This document shows positions 1 through 13,388 of a stretch of 64,000 bases of DNA, in pieces (within the stretch, counting starts at the first letter, position 1; each line of letters starts with the position of its first letter). The notes under the pieces were generated by a model, which was not told the origin of the DNA, made no database searches, and saw only the letters and a list, made by a program, of their open reading frames with translations. This stretch comes from Octopus sinensis (lineage: Eukaryota). Made by a program: the position numbers and the translations under genes. The stretch lies in contig NC_042998.1 of the NCBI RefSeq assembly GCF_006345805.1, positions 198,524,001 to 198,588,000 on the forward strand. The letters are read 5' to 3'.

Positions 1-312
1 ACCCTGCGGTGCAAGTTGACCAAAATTGAGAGTATGATAGAAGAAGGCTTGCTCTTCCTTCCGTAGAAGACCATGCTAAGACCAAAAATTATTTACATCA
101 AAAAGGTGCTTTTGTTTCTATGAAAATCCTTATTTTTTATGATTTTTTAATGATTTTTAGACTGCTGTGTCATCATTTTTCGGTGTATTTCAACTAGAAA
201 AATGTTCACTTAAAGAGAATAACAAGCTACATAATGCAAAATTTTTACTTTTCAAAAATTCCAATTCTGAAGGGTCAAAACAAACCCGAGCAACGCCGGG
301 TAATACTCCTAG
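1..312 (+). mobile_element. Non-autonomous Helitron, family H1 (5' part outside window)
   Basis: 3' hairpin cccgagcaacgccggg followed by CTAG|T; body homologous to 16550-16943 and 48615-49005. Confidence 0.8.
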
Positions 313-1102
313 TTGTTGAATAAAATTTCATCCAACTATTTCTGCCATTTAGGACTTTATACACTCCTTATCATTTTCTCTTGTATTGTACTGTATATTC
401 ATAAGGAGCTTTTTTTTATGAGTACAACCGGATTACTTGAATCCATTACATTATGACTTATATGTGTGTGTGTTAACATATATAGTGTTAACTGTTAGTA
501 AAAAGAGTATTTAATACTATAGTAGAGATTAATGATATATTTTGTCTTGGTTGAGTCAGTCTCTTGTTACTCGGCTTTTACCTGTAGGTGTTCAGGATAT
601 TCATTGAAGTTATGACATCATAACTCACCTGAAGATCCCATGTGCACTAACAGGTGAAACTCAGTGTAGCCAGAGACAAATTTGATCAATTCCCTTTCTG
701 AAAAAAGAAGGGGGCACATTAGACATTAGATAATGTGGTCATAAATAGACCGTGTGTGAATAAAAGACTAATTATGGCTTGAATGATTTTGATCACAGGT
801 CTGCTGCTTGCTTAGAGTCGACCAAGGGCTAAACAAATGAGAATGAGAAAAAAAAACAACTAGACAATGGAAAGAGTGCAGCATGTCTGCACTGTTGCAC
901 TGCATCCCGTTCAATTCATCACTGCATGTTGGAGTGTGCAGTATGATCCTTTATGAGGCAAAAATCATAGTATACCTTGTGGCTAGTACCTAATTGTTAA
1001 GTCACCTACCCATGTTCCCTAGGTCTGCTTGGGGCTAAATACATGCACCCCCACCAAATACTGCCAATGTTGTTGCCAACAACAACACATATTGTTATTT
1101 AA

Positions 1103-1497
1103 TACTCTTTACTCTTTTACTTGTTTCAGTCATTTGACTGCGGCCATGCTGGAGCACCGCCTTTAATCGAGCATCTCGACCCAGGACTTATTCTTTTGTA
1201 AGCCCAGTACTTATTCTATCGGTCTCTTTTGCCGAACTGCTAAGTAACGGGGATATAAACACACCAGCATCGTTTGTCAAGCAATGCTAGGGGGACAAAC
1301 ACAGACACACACACACACACATATATATATACATATATACGACGGGCTTCTTTCAGTTTCCGTCTACCAAATCCACTCACAAGGCTTTGATCAACCCGAA
1401 GCTATAGTAGAAGACACTTGCCCAAGGTGCCACGCAGTGGGACTGAACCCGGAACTATGTGGTTGGTAAACAAGCTACTTACCACACAGCCACTCCT
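1103..1497 (-). mobile_element. tRNA-derived SINE family A
   Basis: Head with A box (tggctgtgtggtaag) and B box (ggttcagtccc), CORE-like ccttgggcaagtg, internal (CA/TA)n, and (GTAAAAGA)n tail; more than 10 copies in the window. Confidence 0.9.
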
Positions 1498-1540
1498 TAA
1501 CATTAATGGTTAATATTAAACAAAATATCGTTCAATTTAC

Positions 1541-1764
1541 CCAAAAGACAGAGATATGGTTTTCTAAGTCGACAGCCATCCTCTTCAATGCTAACACAGC
1601 CAAATATGTCGGATCTTCCGGAAGATACAGTGGAACAGGATATGGATTTAAGTTTTTCATTTTTGGTAACCAATACATCATCCGTTGGTATTTACGAAAT
1701 ACATGAGCTTTTAATCCAAATATTTCTGAGAGAATTATCCCAAACTCCATGTCAGGGATGACAG
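1541..1764 (-). CDS. ECSIT: ECSIT, second coding exon; gene continues beyond the left edge of the window
   Basis: Acceptor ttttctctag|CT joins in phase 1 to give ...EHN-AVIPDMEFGIILSEIFG...WLPKMKNLNPYPVPLYLPEDPTYLAVLALKRMAVDL..., matching the ECSIT W.P...N.NP.PVP..LP.DP motif. Donor TGG|GTAAAT follows 1541. Confidence 0.92.
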
Positions 1765-3154
1765 CTAGAGAAAATTACAAAAAAAAAAAAAAAAGCCAGA
1801 ATTTAAGAAATTAGGGTCTTAATTCATATAATGTAAAAACTTAAAAAAACAACAACAATTAATGTGTTCACTTCAGGATCTTTCTCAATTTCTGTTGTCT
1901 GGTAAAAGAAATCATTGAATGAAGGTTACCAGTAAAAGAAAAAAAATGTAATGGATGATGCTGATGATGATAATGATAATGATGATGGCAATGGCGCCTA
2001 GGAAGAGAATAACAATGTTTATTCATTTGTTTAACATTAACTTTTAAATACTAATATGGGACGGAAGAGATTTATTTGAAGCAGGATTTTTATGGTTGGA
2101 TGCTCTACCAGTAGCTAACCCATACCTTTTTATTGACCAAGGGGTTTGAAGCATGGAACAAACTGCCGGCATCAGTTGTTAGTTGTCGGAGCACTGCATC
2201 CTTCAAAACTTCCATGCTTTCTGAGATTCACCAACACTACACCTGATTCTCTCCTCCCCTCCATACACACGCAAGCATGTATCTTGCATTTATATTATCA
2301 TCATTATTGTTTAACATCTACCTTCCATGCTGGCACAGGTGGAATGGTTTGACAAGGGCTGGCCAGGCAGAAGCCAGCACCAGACTTCTGTAACTGTTTT
2401 GACATGATTTTTACAGCTGGATGCCCTTCCTAATACTAACCATTCAGCAGAGTGGACTTAGTGTTTTTAATGTGGCCCGAGGCTAAGGCCCAAAAGTGGC
2501 CCCTAAAACTGTAAAACAGAAGGGAGACTGGGTGATGATCTTAGGGATGAGGGATGGTAAGAAAGCGGAAAGCAGAGCGTAGCCGGTAACAGAGGAGAAG
2601 AAAGGGATTAGTGATAGGGTTATGAAAAAAGGAGGGATAAAGCTGAAAAGGTGTTAGAGTGTTTTTTTGTAAGGGAGAGGTTTAGGGCTAACCAGCATTA
2701 TAAACGGTGAGTATGGACAAAAGATGTAAGGAAATATGAAGGGAACAATAGATTAGGATGGAGAGGAAATCCTTAGTGTGTCAGTAAAGAAAAGAGAAGT
2801 ACAAGGGAAGTTGGGTGAATAGGTCAGGAGAAGAAAGACAAGAAGGGGTGTTAAGGGGGAAGAGAAGCTGTGGGGAGAGGGGAGTGAGAGAAATGAAGGA
2901 AGAGGGAGAGAAACAAGAAATAGATGCTGGAGGGTAAATAAGAATAATAACAAGTGCAATAATTAAGGGTCCTGGTTTAGGCTCACTGCCGACAATTTCA
3001 AGGGAAGGAAATCAGTTGACATCATGTGACCCCAGTACATGACTGGTACTTTTATTCTACTGACCCAGAAACAATGAAAGGCAAAGCTAGGATTCAAAAT
3101 TGTAAATGATTTTGATTTTGTTAATAACAAAAAATAATTTCACTAGTTTGTTTC

Positions 3155-3922
3155 CCAACCACGTGGTTCCAGGTTCAGTTCTATTGTGTGGCACCTTGGG
3201 CAGGTGTCGTTTCCTGTAGCCTTGGGCCAACCAGAGCCTTGTTAGTGGATTTGGTAGATGAAAACTGAAAGAAGCCCATCTTGTGTGTCTTTGTGTCTAG
3301 TTTGTCTGCACCCTCCTACCAATTGACAACTGATGTTGGTGTGTTTACATCCCCCGTAACTTAGTGGTTCAGCAGAAGACACTGATACAATAAGTACCAG
3401 GCTTACAAAGAATAAGTCCTGGGGTCGATTTGTTTGACTAAAGGTGGTGCTCCAGCATGGCCACAGTCAAAATGACTGAAACAAGTAAAAGAATAAAAAT
3501 AAAAAAAGAATAATAGGCGCAGGAGTGGCTGTGTGGTAAGTAGCTTGCAAACCAACCACATGGTTCTGGGTTCAGTCCCACTGCGTGGCATCTTGGGCAA
3601 GTGTCTTCTGCTATAGCCCCGGGCCGACCAATGCCTTGTGAGTGGATTTGGTAGACGGAAACTGAAAGAAGCCTGTCGTATATGTGTATATATATATGTA
3701 TATATGTATGTGTGTGTGTCTGTGTTTGTCCCCCTAGCATTGCTTGACAACCGATGCTGGTGTGTTTACGTCCCCGTCACTTAGCGGTTCGGCAAAAGAG
3801 ACCGATAGAATAAGTACTGGGCTTATAAAGAATAAGACCCGGGGTCGATTTGCTCAACTAAAAGGCGGTGCTCCAGCATGGCTGCAGTCAAATGACTGAA
3901 ACAAGTAAAAGAGTAAAAGAGA
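3155..3922 (+). mobile_element. Two tandem SINE family A copies in an ECSIT intron (first one diverged and 5'-truncated)
   Basis: Family A body and tail occur twice; the second copy starts aggcgcaggagtggctgtgtgg at about 3515. Confidence 0.85.
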
Positions 3923-3995
3923 GAATAATGATAGTGATGATGTTAATGGTTATTGAGACTTCAAATATTCTGCCAATTTTTCATTCCTGACTTAC

Positions 3996-4518
3996 CATTA
4001 TGTTCCATTGTATCCAAAATATCAATTGCGCATTGCTGCTGTTTTGGATAGTGCATCATCTCCACTTGCCATGCATTTTTGGGGATCATCTTATATTTGG
4101 GAAAGACTTCAAGAATTTTCTTATACGATGGTAGGTCCCTTTCTGAGCCAAATTCTTTAAGCTTGTTGACTGCGGCATAAGCAAATTCCACATGACCACG
4201 GCGGTATACATTTTCTTTCATAACATAACCATCCACTGCTGCTTTGAACATGGCACGGTTCTTTTCCTTTTCTGCAAATTGATCAAAATAATCCTCTGAG
4301 CGGACTATCAACCTCTTCTCTTTGTCAATTTGTTCTTGTTTTTCTTTTTTGCCATATCTGAGTGATGACAACGAGAGAGTTCGAAAAGGCTGTTGCAATG
4401 ACAAGTGTGACAGTCTATGGACTTGGTGTAATCTTTGGAAAAGATCCGGAGGCAGAATTACTTTCGATAATACTAATCTTCTAACGCAGCAGATTCCTTG
4501 TATGACACAAGGAGACAT
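3996..4518 (-). CDS. ECSIT: ECSIT, first coding exon (complex I assembly factor / Toll-pathway adaptor)
   Basis: Translation MSPCVIQG...RRGHVEFAYAAVNKLKEFGSERDLPSYKKILEVFPKYKMIPKNAWQVEMMHYPKQQQCAIDILDTMEHN contains the ECSIT motifs RRGHVEF.Y.A and HYP.QQ.C. The N-terminus is basic and resembles a mitochondrial presequence. A polypyrimidine/AG acceptor ends at 4535, ATG is at 4518, and a G|GTAAGT donor follows 3996 (phase 1). Confidence 0.93.
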
Positions 4519-4646
4519 TTTGTTGACAGTGATCCTAGAAAAAAAGCAAAACAAAATAATTATCAACCAAATATTTATAAGAAACAGAAACGTTGAGCTG
4601 GAAACCAGTAAAAAAAAACAACAAAAATGTGCATAAAAAGAATAAT

Positions 4647-4990
4647 AGGTGCAGGAGTGGGTGTGTGGTAAGTAGCTTGCTAACCAACCACATGGTTCCG
4701 GGTTCAGTCCCACTGCGTGGCATCTTGGGCAAGTGTCTTCTGCTATAGCCCCGGGCCGACCAATGCCTTGTGAGTGGATTTGGTAGACGGAAACTGAAAG
4801 AAGCCTGTCGTATATGTGTATATGTATGTGTGTGTGTTTATGTGTGTGTGTTTGTCCCCCTAGCATTGCTTGACAACCAATGCTGGTGTGTTTACGTCCC
4901 CGTCACTTAGCGGTTCGGCAAAAGAGACCGATAGAATAAGTACTGGGCTTACAAAGAATAAGACCCGGGGTCGATTTGCTCGACTAAAAG
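4647..4990 (+). mobile_element. SINE family A, 3'-truncated
   Basis: Family A head and body. It supplies the spurious N-terminus of ORF 3961..4866. Confidence 0.88.
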
Positions 4991-5160
4991 TTCTTGGCCG
5001 GATCATTGTGCCAATAATAAACCCACAACTATTTTTGATAAAGGCCTTTCGTCACCATTTGCAGCTTCATCAATGATATGCCGATCTATTTCAGTCTGCA
5101 TCAAACCTGTCTAGAATAATTAAATAATTTACCAATCAAACAAGGTATAGATATATAGTG

Positions 5161-5546
5161 TGGAGGCGCAATGGCCCAGCGGTTAGGGCAGCGGACTCGC
5201 GGTCATAGGATCGCAGTTTCGATTCCCAGACCGGGCGTTGTGAGTGTTTATTGAGCGAAAAAACACCTAAAGCACCACGAGGCTCCGGCAGGGGATGGTG
5301 GTGATCCCTGCTGTACTCTTTCACCACAACTTTCTCTCACTCTTACTTCCTGTTTCTGTTGTACCTGTATTTCAAAGGGCCGGCCTTGTCACTCTCTGTG
5401 TCACGCTGAATATCCCCGAGAACTACGTTAAGGGTACACGTGTCTGTGGAGTGCTCAGCCACTTACACGTTAATTTCACGAGCAGGCTGTTCCGTTGATT
5501 CGGATCAACCGGAACCCTCGTCGTCGTAACCGACGGAGTGCTTCCA
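5161..5546 (+). mobile_element. tRNA-derived SINE family C (possibly related to the published octopus OR SINEs)
   Basis: Head ggcgcaatggcccagcggttagggcagcggactcg...gtttcgattccc with A and B boxes; TSD agatatatagtg on both sides. Confidence 0.88.
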
Positions 5547-5911
5547 GATATATAGTGGACCTATCAAGCTGACAGCCATAGAGTGGAGGCACCGCAGTGG
5601 TATCTGTATAGAGAAGTGGAAGAATTAGAAAAAAAAGCTATGAAATCAAACCATCTCTAATAATTTGAGATTTATCAATAGATTTAATACGAAGGCATAA
5701 TCCACTTAAAAATACACTCCTCCATTCATTAATTGTTAATTATAGGCAGGTAGAATAAAACATTGCGTTTGACTATCTTCGGTGTATAATATTAAAATCA
5801 TAATTTACAAGGAAACTTCGTTGATATGACACCGCATTAATTGCTAATTGTGTCCCTTGCATCGACAGCGGTGTGAACACTCTTTTAGGGAGAATAAGTG
5901 ATCGAGACCAT

Positions 5912-6306
5912 TCTTTTATACTCTGGGCACAAGGCCCGAAATTTTGGGGTAAAGGGCCAGTCGATTAGATCGACCCCAGTACGCAACTGGTACTTAGTTT
6001 ACCGACCCCGAAAGGATGAAAGACTAAGTCGACCTCAGCGGAATTTGAACGTAGAACGTAGCAACGGGCGAAATACCTATTTCTTTACTATCCACAAGGG
6101 GATAGACATAGAGGGGACAAACAAGGAGACATAGGTATTAAGTCGATTACATCGACCCCAGTGCGCAACTGGTACTTGATTTATCGACCCCGAAAGGATG
6201 AAAGGCAAAGTCGACCTCGGCGGAATTTGAACTCGGAAGTAAAGACAGACGAAATACCGCAAAGCATTTCGTCCGACGTGCTAACGATTCTGCCAGCTCG
6301 CCGCCT
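5912..6306 (-). mobile_element. SINE family B dimer with an alternative 3' tail
   Basis: Head ggcggcgagctggcagaatcgttagc, B box gagttcaaattcc, two internal units; flanked by gtgatcga(ga)ccatt. Confidence 0.85.
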
Positions 6307-6835
6307 TCAGAGTGATCGACCATTACATTCATTCAATAGTGTTTTCCAGTGCACGAAATAAAGAAAATAGTAATTCCTTATAGGTTACACAAAGGCGGGG
6401 TAGAGTCCTATCGGGTTCAAAAGGATGAAAGCTAAGTTACCCCACATACACACAACCCCAGTCCTTCTCATACGTAAATATTTGTCAGAGTAATATTGTC
6501 CTTGACTGGTGTGGGTCCTCTTAGAACTGTGGAAGTTACATCGAGATCGAGTTATTAAACTGTCGTTACTGACAGGTAATAAATGTAATAAAAACAAAAC
6601 AGAGGAAAGCAAACAGACAAAAATAATTAAGCCGAAGAATTTTAAATTAATTAAATACGAGGGAAAAAAAAACTTCTTTAGCTTTAGTTAATATCAGTTA
6701 GGCAAACTCTACTTTCAGTTTTTGTCAGACTCGATAAAAACAATTCCTTAAGATTTACAGAGATGTATACAATCTGATAGGATCAGTGAACTATAAAATA
6801 AAATACCAAGTTTTCCTGTTTTATCAAAAACCAAT

Positions 6836-6880
6836 AACTACCTAAATATAACTAGCTTCCACTTCCATTTGACCTTGTAC
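6836..6880 (-). promoter_or_regulatory. Candidate ECSIT promoter or non-coding first exon
   Basis: Minus strand reads CAAGGTCA (nuclear-receptor/ERR-like extended half site), then AATGGAAGTGGAAG (tandem ETS cores with a YY1-like overlap), then a possible AG|GTAGTT donor. The ATG exon starts with a splice acceptor, so an upstream exon must exist, but this location is inferred. Confidence 0.25.
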
Positions 6881-7576
6881 TTGGACTCGACAAATATAAG
6901 GTTATACATACATACACATATATACAATCCAACGCGCACGTGTGTGTGTGTCTGTATATATATATATATACACATAGATGCACGTTGGATTGTATATTCG
7001 TGACTGTTCAGTTCCTATTTCACCGTACACATATACGTTGCCATCGGTCTATTTAATTTAATTTAATTATCAATTGAGCGATGTTGTAATGATAAAAAAA
7101 AAAACCCCATGCTTCTTTGATCTGTTAAGAAGTGCCATGTGAACAAACGTCTCTCTCTCTCTCTCTGACTTTATCTAATATTAAGATCTGGAACAAATAA
7201 GCGGTTTATAATATATATATATGATAATAAAAAGCCCATGTTTGTGTTAAGGTGTTGAATAAAAAAAGTTAATTTCCGATCAACAAAAAAATAGGTTGGA
7301 AGACAATGTTCTTACAAGTATGTCCAGTTACTTCACGTAGCCAAGTTTTCATTAATCATCGTGTAGAATCCTTTAACTGTTTTCTTTCTGATTATTTCCA
7401 ACGAAAAGCCAAGATTTCTTAATATGAAACGAACAACGTTGTAATGACATTGTTGATAATAAGAATTACTTCCCCTGAAGAAGATTATCAACATTTTTTC
7501 ACTTCGTTTTATTAATTTTAAAAAACGCATTAATTCTTGGCCGTTCAACGTTATTTAGTTACTGCTAAGGCTCGCG

Positions 7577-8016
7577 CTGGGATCTTTTCGGTTTGACCGG
7601 CAGTTTTTAAAAATAATTTCCACGTAACTAAACACTTTTAAACTTCGTATACTGGTAGAATGTGTTTATAAAACATCTTTTTCTCTTGGCTTTATTGAGA
7701 AAATTCTATAGCTTGTAAGATATTTGTTGTTTTTATTCTTCAATTTCTGCAATTTCAACCAATCAATGACGTCTATTGAGGTGAAAGATATTCTGTGCCG
7801 TATGAATATGTCCCTCGTTTAAGAAACAGATTGGGTTTCTTTACATTTGTGAAGAAAAAAAGATTCCCTTCCCCCCACGCCTCACTCTCTCCTCCTGCAT
7901 CTTGCAGCTTACCTGCGGCGGACCGGCATCCTGTCCAGGTGGGGAACCTATACGCCAAGGAAACCGGGAAACCGGCCCTTATGAGCTAGAAGTCGCTCGA
8001 GAAGGAACAAACAACA
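7577..8016 (+). mobile_element. Repeat remnants: DNA-element-like segment followed by a SINE-like 3' end
   Basis: cctgcggcggaccggcatcctgtccagg...ggaaaccgggaaaccggccc followed by an (AAC)n tail resembles SINE 3' regions; family not established. Confidence 0.35.
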
Positions 8017-8110
8017 ATATTTCAGAGGCGTAAAGAAGGTAATGTTGATCTCATTAAACGTAATATTGTGTCAATCATGTTGCAGTACACTACTCTTGTT
8101 GTGGTTTACA

Positions 8111-8526
8111 TATTTCTTTACTGTCCACAAGGGGCCAAACACAGAGGGGACAAACAAGGACAGACAAATGGATTAAGTCGATTATATCGATCCCAGTGCG
8201 TAACTGGTACTTATTTAATCGACGCCGAAAGGATGAAAGGCAAAGTCGACCTCGGCGGAATTTGAACTCAGAACGTAACGGCAGACAAAATACGTATTTC
8301 TTTATTACCCACAAGGGGCTAAACACAGACGGGACAAACAAGGACAGAGAAACGGATTAAGTCGATTAAGTCGACCCCAGTGCGTAACTGGTACTTAATT
8401 TATCGACCCCGAAAGGATGAAAGGCAAAGTCGACCTCGGCGGAATTTGAACTCAGAACGTAGCGGCAGACGAAATGCGGCTACGCATTTCGTCCAGCGTG
8501 CTAACGTTTCTGCCAGCTCGCCGCCT
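8111..8526 (-). mobile_element. SINE family B dimer
   Basis: One head plus two units; imperfect TSD cttgttgtggttta / cttgtggtggttta. Confidence 0.88.
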
Positions 8527-8759
8527 CCTTGTGGTGGTTTATATCTTTAACAGTAATATCTCAGAATAATATCTCGTGTCTTTGTATCTTTCACTTGTTC
8601 CTGTCATTAGACTGCGGTCTTGCTGGGACAGAGCCTTGGAGAATTTTTAGTACTTATTTTTTAAAGCTTGGTACTAATTCCATAGGTTGCTTTGGCTGAA
8701 CCGCTAAGTTACATAAGAAGTAAGAACATCAATACCGCTTGTCAAGCTGTGGTGGGGTC

Positions 8760-8818
8760 AAACACACACACACATACACAGACATACACACACACGCACG
8801 TACACACACATACGAACA

Positions 8819-8849
<31 letters not shown>

Positions 8850-9040
8850 TTACACACACACACAGATATATATATATATATATATACACACACATATATA
8901 TATATATACATACATATATACATACATATACATATATACATATACACATACATACATACATGCATACATACATACATACATACATGCATACATACATACA
9001 TACATATATATACACACACATATATATATATGTGTGTATC
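8760..9040. repeat. (CA)/(TA)/(CATA)n compound microsatellite
   Basis: Direct inspection. Confidence 0.95.
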
Positions 9041-9869
9041 TCACTCTTGCTTTTTCCATCTTCTCCTCTCAGTCGCTCTCCCATGCAAACACAACGTTAC
9101 ATTACATAATTCATTTAAATCATTTCTTTCATCAGTTTTTCGCTCACACCAAACAACGTAAACTCCACTCCTCCATTCCATCACATCTGATTCCATTACA
9201 CCAACTCCTCCCCTACCCCTCTCCCTCCCTGATACGCTCCTCCCGTCCCTCCAAACCCCGCACACACATACCCCTCATCCCCTCCTTCCCAGCCTTCCAC
9301 CACCCCATAACCCTCCTACTTTTGTCCCATCCACCTCTTCTCTTCAGTCTGTTGTTACCATTCCTCCAGATCTTCTCCTCTCTGAGGTGGCGCGCTCCCT
9401 CCTCTGTAGGGGGTCTGCGCTTCATCCCCCCCCACCCCATCCAGCAACGAATTTCAGCCTCATGCCGATATCCATAGCTTTGTGCGCCGCGTTAGGTTGT
9501 GTGCGCTTTTACGCGACACTCCACCTCCATCTACCTGGGCTGCCGACCGTCCTGATGGACGCCAGTTCCTGGCCAGTTCCAAGCTGTCGATCTTTTTGCG
9601 GGCGCCTGCGAGCGAGTTGTGGACCGGTTTGACTTTTCCAGACGTCCCTGACATCTGAACATCTCTCCAGCCGAACTCTCGGCCCTTCGATGTCACCGAC
9701 GCGGCACGGACATCATCATAAACTGGCCGACAAGGGTGGAGACGTGGTGGTGTGGCACACGTACCTCTACAAGGCGGAAGCTCTCCGCCAACTTCAGGAC
9801 ACTGCATGTCAGCATTATATGAAGACCCTTACCATGTGGAAGTGTAACAGCGATGCTCTTCCTGACATC

Positions 9870-12625
9870 CCTCCTTACTTTCTCATGTGCAACTCGAGAT
9901 TTCTCAAAAGTAGCTGTCCCCTCGTGCACAATCCTTCTCCACCCTCTTAAGGAAGCCTTCCTCAAGTCTTTATACCTCTTTTTTGGTTTATGTGGAGGTC
10001 GTTCTCCTTTAGCTAACTCTCCATAAAAGAGTTGTTTTGGCATCCTTGAATCCTTCATCCTGACCAGATGACCACTCCATCCGAGCCTTTGCTTTAACAC
10101 AAGAGCTTCTATACTTTCACACCGAGAGCTTTCCAATATCTCAAGATCACTGATGCGGTCATCCCACTTAATGCCATAGATCCGTCTGAGACACATCTTA
10201 TGGAGACGGTCCAGTTGTTTAAGGTGGTATCGATATGTGACCCACGTCTCGCAGGCATAAAGAAGAGAAGAGAGCACACATGCCTTGTGTACCTTTATCA
10301 TTGTCTTCCTGCATATGTCTCACCGACTCCAGAGGCGTTTTTCTAGCCTTCCGGTTGTACATCCACCTGCTGCAGGTGGATGCACCACTTGCTTTTCTAA
10401 TTCTGTATGGAATTTCACTATCCAAATTGCTATATTTATTAATAGTGCTTCCCAGGTAGACAAACTGATTAACTACGCCAAGTCGTTTACCATACACATA
10501 GATATTTGGTTCACTATACTGCTTACCAGGGGCAGGTTGATGCATGACAACAGTTTTCTTGAGATTGACTGTCAATCCTAAGGCAGTGCAAGCATCAGGG
10601 AATGCAGTCAAAATGTGTTGCATATCAATCTCTGTGTGTGCTCACAACCATCTGCATACAAAAGGTCTCTTATGATAGAGGTAAATACCTTTGTTTTTGC
10701 AGCAAAGCGCCTGATATTAAATATGCTGCCAGAGGTTCGATAATGGATGTAAACACCGTTTCTGCAGTTTCTGAATGCAATACAGAACACCATCGCAAAA
10801 TATATGGCAAATAGGGTCGGTGCCAGAATATCGCCCTGTTTCACTCCATTTTGTATTGAAATGGGCGCCGACATTTTCCCTCCAACATTAATCCTACACT
10901 TCATGTCTTCATGAAAAGACCTAACCAAAGCAAAGAACTTTTCAGGACAACCAAGTTTCTAGAGGACTTTCCACAGTGCATTTCTATTAACGGTATGAAA
11001 AATCCAGACCTTGCTCCACACACCTCTCCTGAAGCTGTCTAGCTGAAGAGATCACATTAGCAGTGATGCGTCCCACATGAAAACCAGATTGACTTTCTGG
11101 AAGAATATAATCTGCAACGTATTTCAGCAGACGATCTAGAAGTACCCTGCACAAAACCTTTCCTATGACAGAAAGCAATGATATTCCCCTATAGTTATCA
11201 CAATCATTCCTGTTATCCTTTCCCTTATATAAGACCACCATTACTGTATCTCTCCAGTCCTCAGGTACAGATTCACTAGTCCATATCTTACCAAACAAGG
11301 AGTGAAATTGTTGCAGAAGTTTCTGACCACCATGCTGTAACAACTCCGCATGTATGATATCCATGCCCGGAGACCTCCCATTATTCATCTTTGAGACAGC
11401 TACCGCAACTTCTTCCAACTTTGGTGGTTCTGCGAGAGCCGCCTTAACAGGTAATTCAGGGATGAGATTGAGAACATCCTCACTAGCTACAGACTGCTGA
11501 TTCAAAAGTTCATCAAAGTGTTCTCGCCACCTTCGTAGAATTCCTTGTGAATCACGAAGTTCTTTACAATCCCTGCTTCGAAGTGGTGTCATCAGAGAAG
11601 ACGTCGGTCCATAAACATCTCGCAAGTGACCATACAACAGCTTTGTGTTATTGGAATCCGACGCCGCCTGTATCCCATCATCCTTCTTACTCCACCACGT
11701 ATCCCTCATCTGAGAGAGCCTTCGCCTCACACGTGATTTTACATCCTTGAGTTTCCTATGCAATACTTCTCTCCCCTGTGAATTTGCTGACAAATAGCGT
11801 GACAAAGTACGTCTTTTATCAACCAATAAATCATCTATATGTTCATCTTCTTCTTTAAACCATTCTTGATGCTTTCTTTATATCAATCCCAGAACTTTCT
11901 TGCCTATATCATAAACTGACTTTTTAAGGGTCGGCCAATCCTCCCCAATATCTGCAGCATTCATTTCCTCTCGTAAAGTTCTCTTCACACTATTACACCT
12001 AAGGCAATCAACATTCAGTCTTTTAGGCAGGGTAATACCTGCAGCCTGGATTTTACGTTTTGTGATTAATTCCACTTTTGCGCGTACCTGGCGGTGGTCA
12101 GTCCAACACTCAGCTCCACGAAGGACACGAACACACATCTCATCTGTCACGCACCCTAACAAGGATGTAATCCAGAATATGCCATTCTTTAGATGCAGGG
12201 TGCATCCATGTAGTCTTAAACTTATTCTTTTGTTGAAATATGGTATCGGTAACACACAGACGCAGCTCCTCACACATCTGCAGCAAAAGCATGCCATTAC
12301 TATTACACTTTCCCACCCCATACTTTCCAATTACAGTCCATGTGTTAAAATCCCTACCCACTCTGGCATTAAAGTCACCCAGTATAATGACTTTGTCTGG
12401 CCGAGGGATATTTCTTATAATTCCCCTCAAAGCATGGTAGAAAGAAACTTTTTCGTCATCAGTAGAGCACATAGTTGGAGCATACACACTCACCAAGGTC
12501 ACATAATTTCCTTTAACCAAAGGAATTCTCATTGACATAAGACGCTCGTTTATCCCGACTGGAAATTCTTCCAACTTATCCACAAGAGTAGTCTTAACAG
12601 CAAATGCCACTCCAGCCTTTACCAT
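9870..12625 (-). mobile_element. RTE-clade LINE, 5'-truncated, with frameshifts
   Basis: APE endonuclease motifs (GVAFAV, SVYAPT, ILGDFNARVG, NSNG, TWMHP..K.WH.LDY), RT motifs (NYRGISLLS, LPESQSGF, GVKQGDILAPTLF, LLYAD) and the RTE C-terminus (LLYACETW, RMPKQLFYGEL) are spread over several frames. Confidence 0.93.
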
Positions 12626-13388
12626 GTATGTCATTTCTCTCATGACTGCTTCTTTTGCGGGGAACTATTTGGTTCTTTGCTAGAGATCATTATTGGTAAT
12701 TCTCAAATATTGAAATAAAACCTGAGTAAAACAAAGACATTCGCTAGATTTGCTAAGCCAGACTAGATGTTGTATAACTCTAGGTTCGCTTTGATAGAGC
12801 AAACTAATGATACATGGGTTATTGGCTAAATGATTTGATGTCCTTTACAAATGCATAACTCCAAATACACCATTTCCCTAACTAGCCGAAGACCACATAC
12901 ACAAAATCACAATAGGGGAAGGCTGTGTTGTCATATATTTTTTTAAATAACCAGTCTATCTGCTATTGTTTGTTCCCGAATTAGCCTTGATCAAGCAGAG
13001 CTAAGATCAAAAGCGTTTCAGCTATAACCTCTTAGCTATGCATTCTTCAGTTTTCAAGACAGACGGGTGTGATTTGAGGGAGAATTAACTGCTATTTCTT
13101 ATAGGCCGAGCGACAACGTAAAAAATCTTTTGCTGGTCGGTATATCTGCAGATTCTGTTTGTAGTATTGAATATTCTCTGATTTATTTTATGTTAATTAT
13201 CACGAAAGTGTCGTATACATATGTGCTCACCGTTTTTATAAATAAAATATATTTGATGTTGAATAGCTTGAAGTTATGGATTACAGCAATTTTTACACAT
13301 CAAAAGTTACTATAATCTTTCATGTAACTAATAGGAATCAACCTTCTTATGCTAAAAGATAATCCTCCGGGGGCGATAGATACACTTG

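Noticed and set aside
560-700. Possible third ECSIT exon (donor-like GTGAG on the minus strand near 648)
   Set aside because: No recognisable similarity to the ECSIT C-terminal domain.
1284-1469. Recurrent 'MLGGQTQTH...CPRCHAVGLNPEPCGW' and 'MRNWYLIYRPRKDERQSRPRR' ORFs that look like a gene family
   Set aside because: Antisense translations of SINE A and SINE B.
4519-4866. N-terminal extension of the 301-aa ORF 3961..4866
   Set aside because: Derives from antisense SINE A and intron sequence; a splice acceptor at 4535 precedes the real ATG.
5161-5235. tRNA genes at SINE heads
   Set aside because: They continue into SINE bodies with TSDs and have no proper acceptor stem or terminator.
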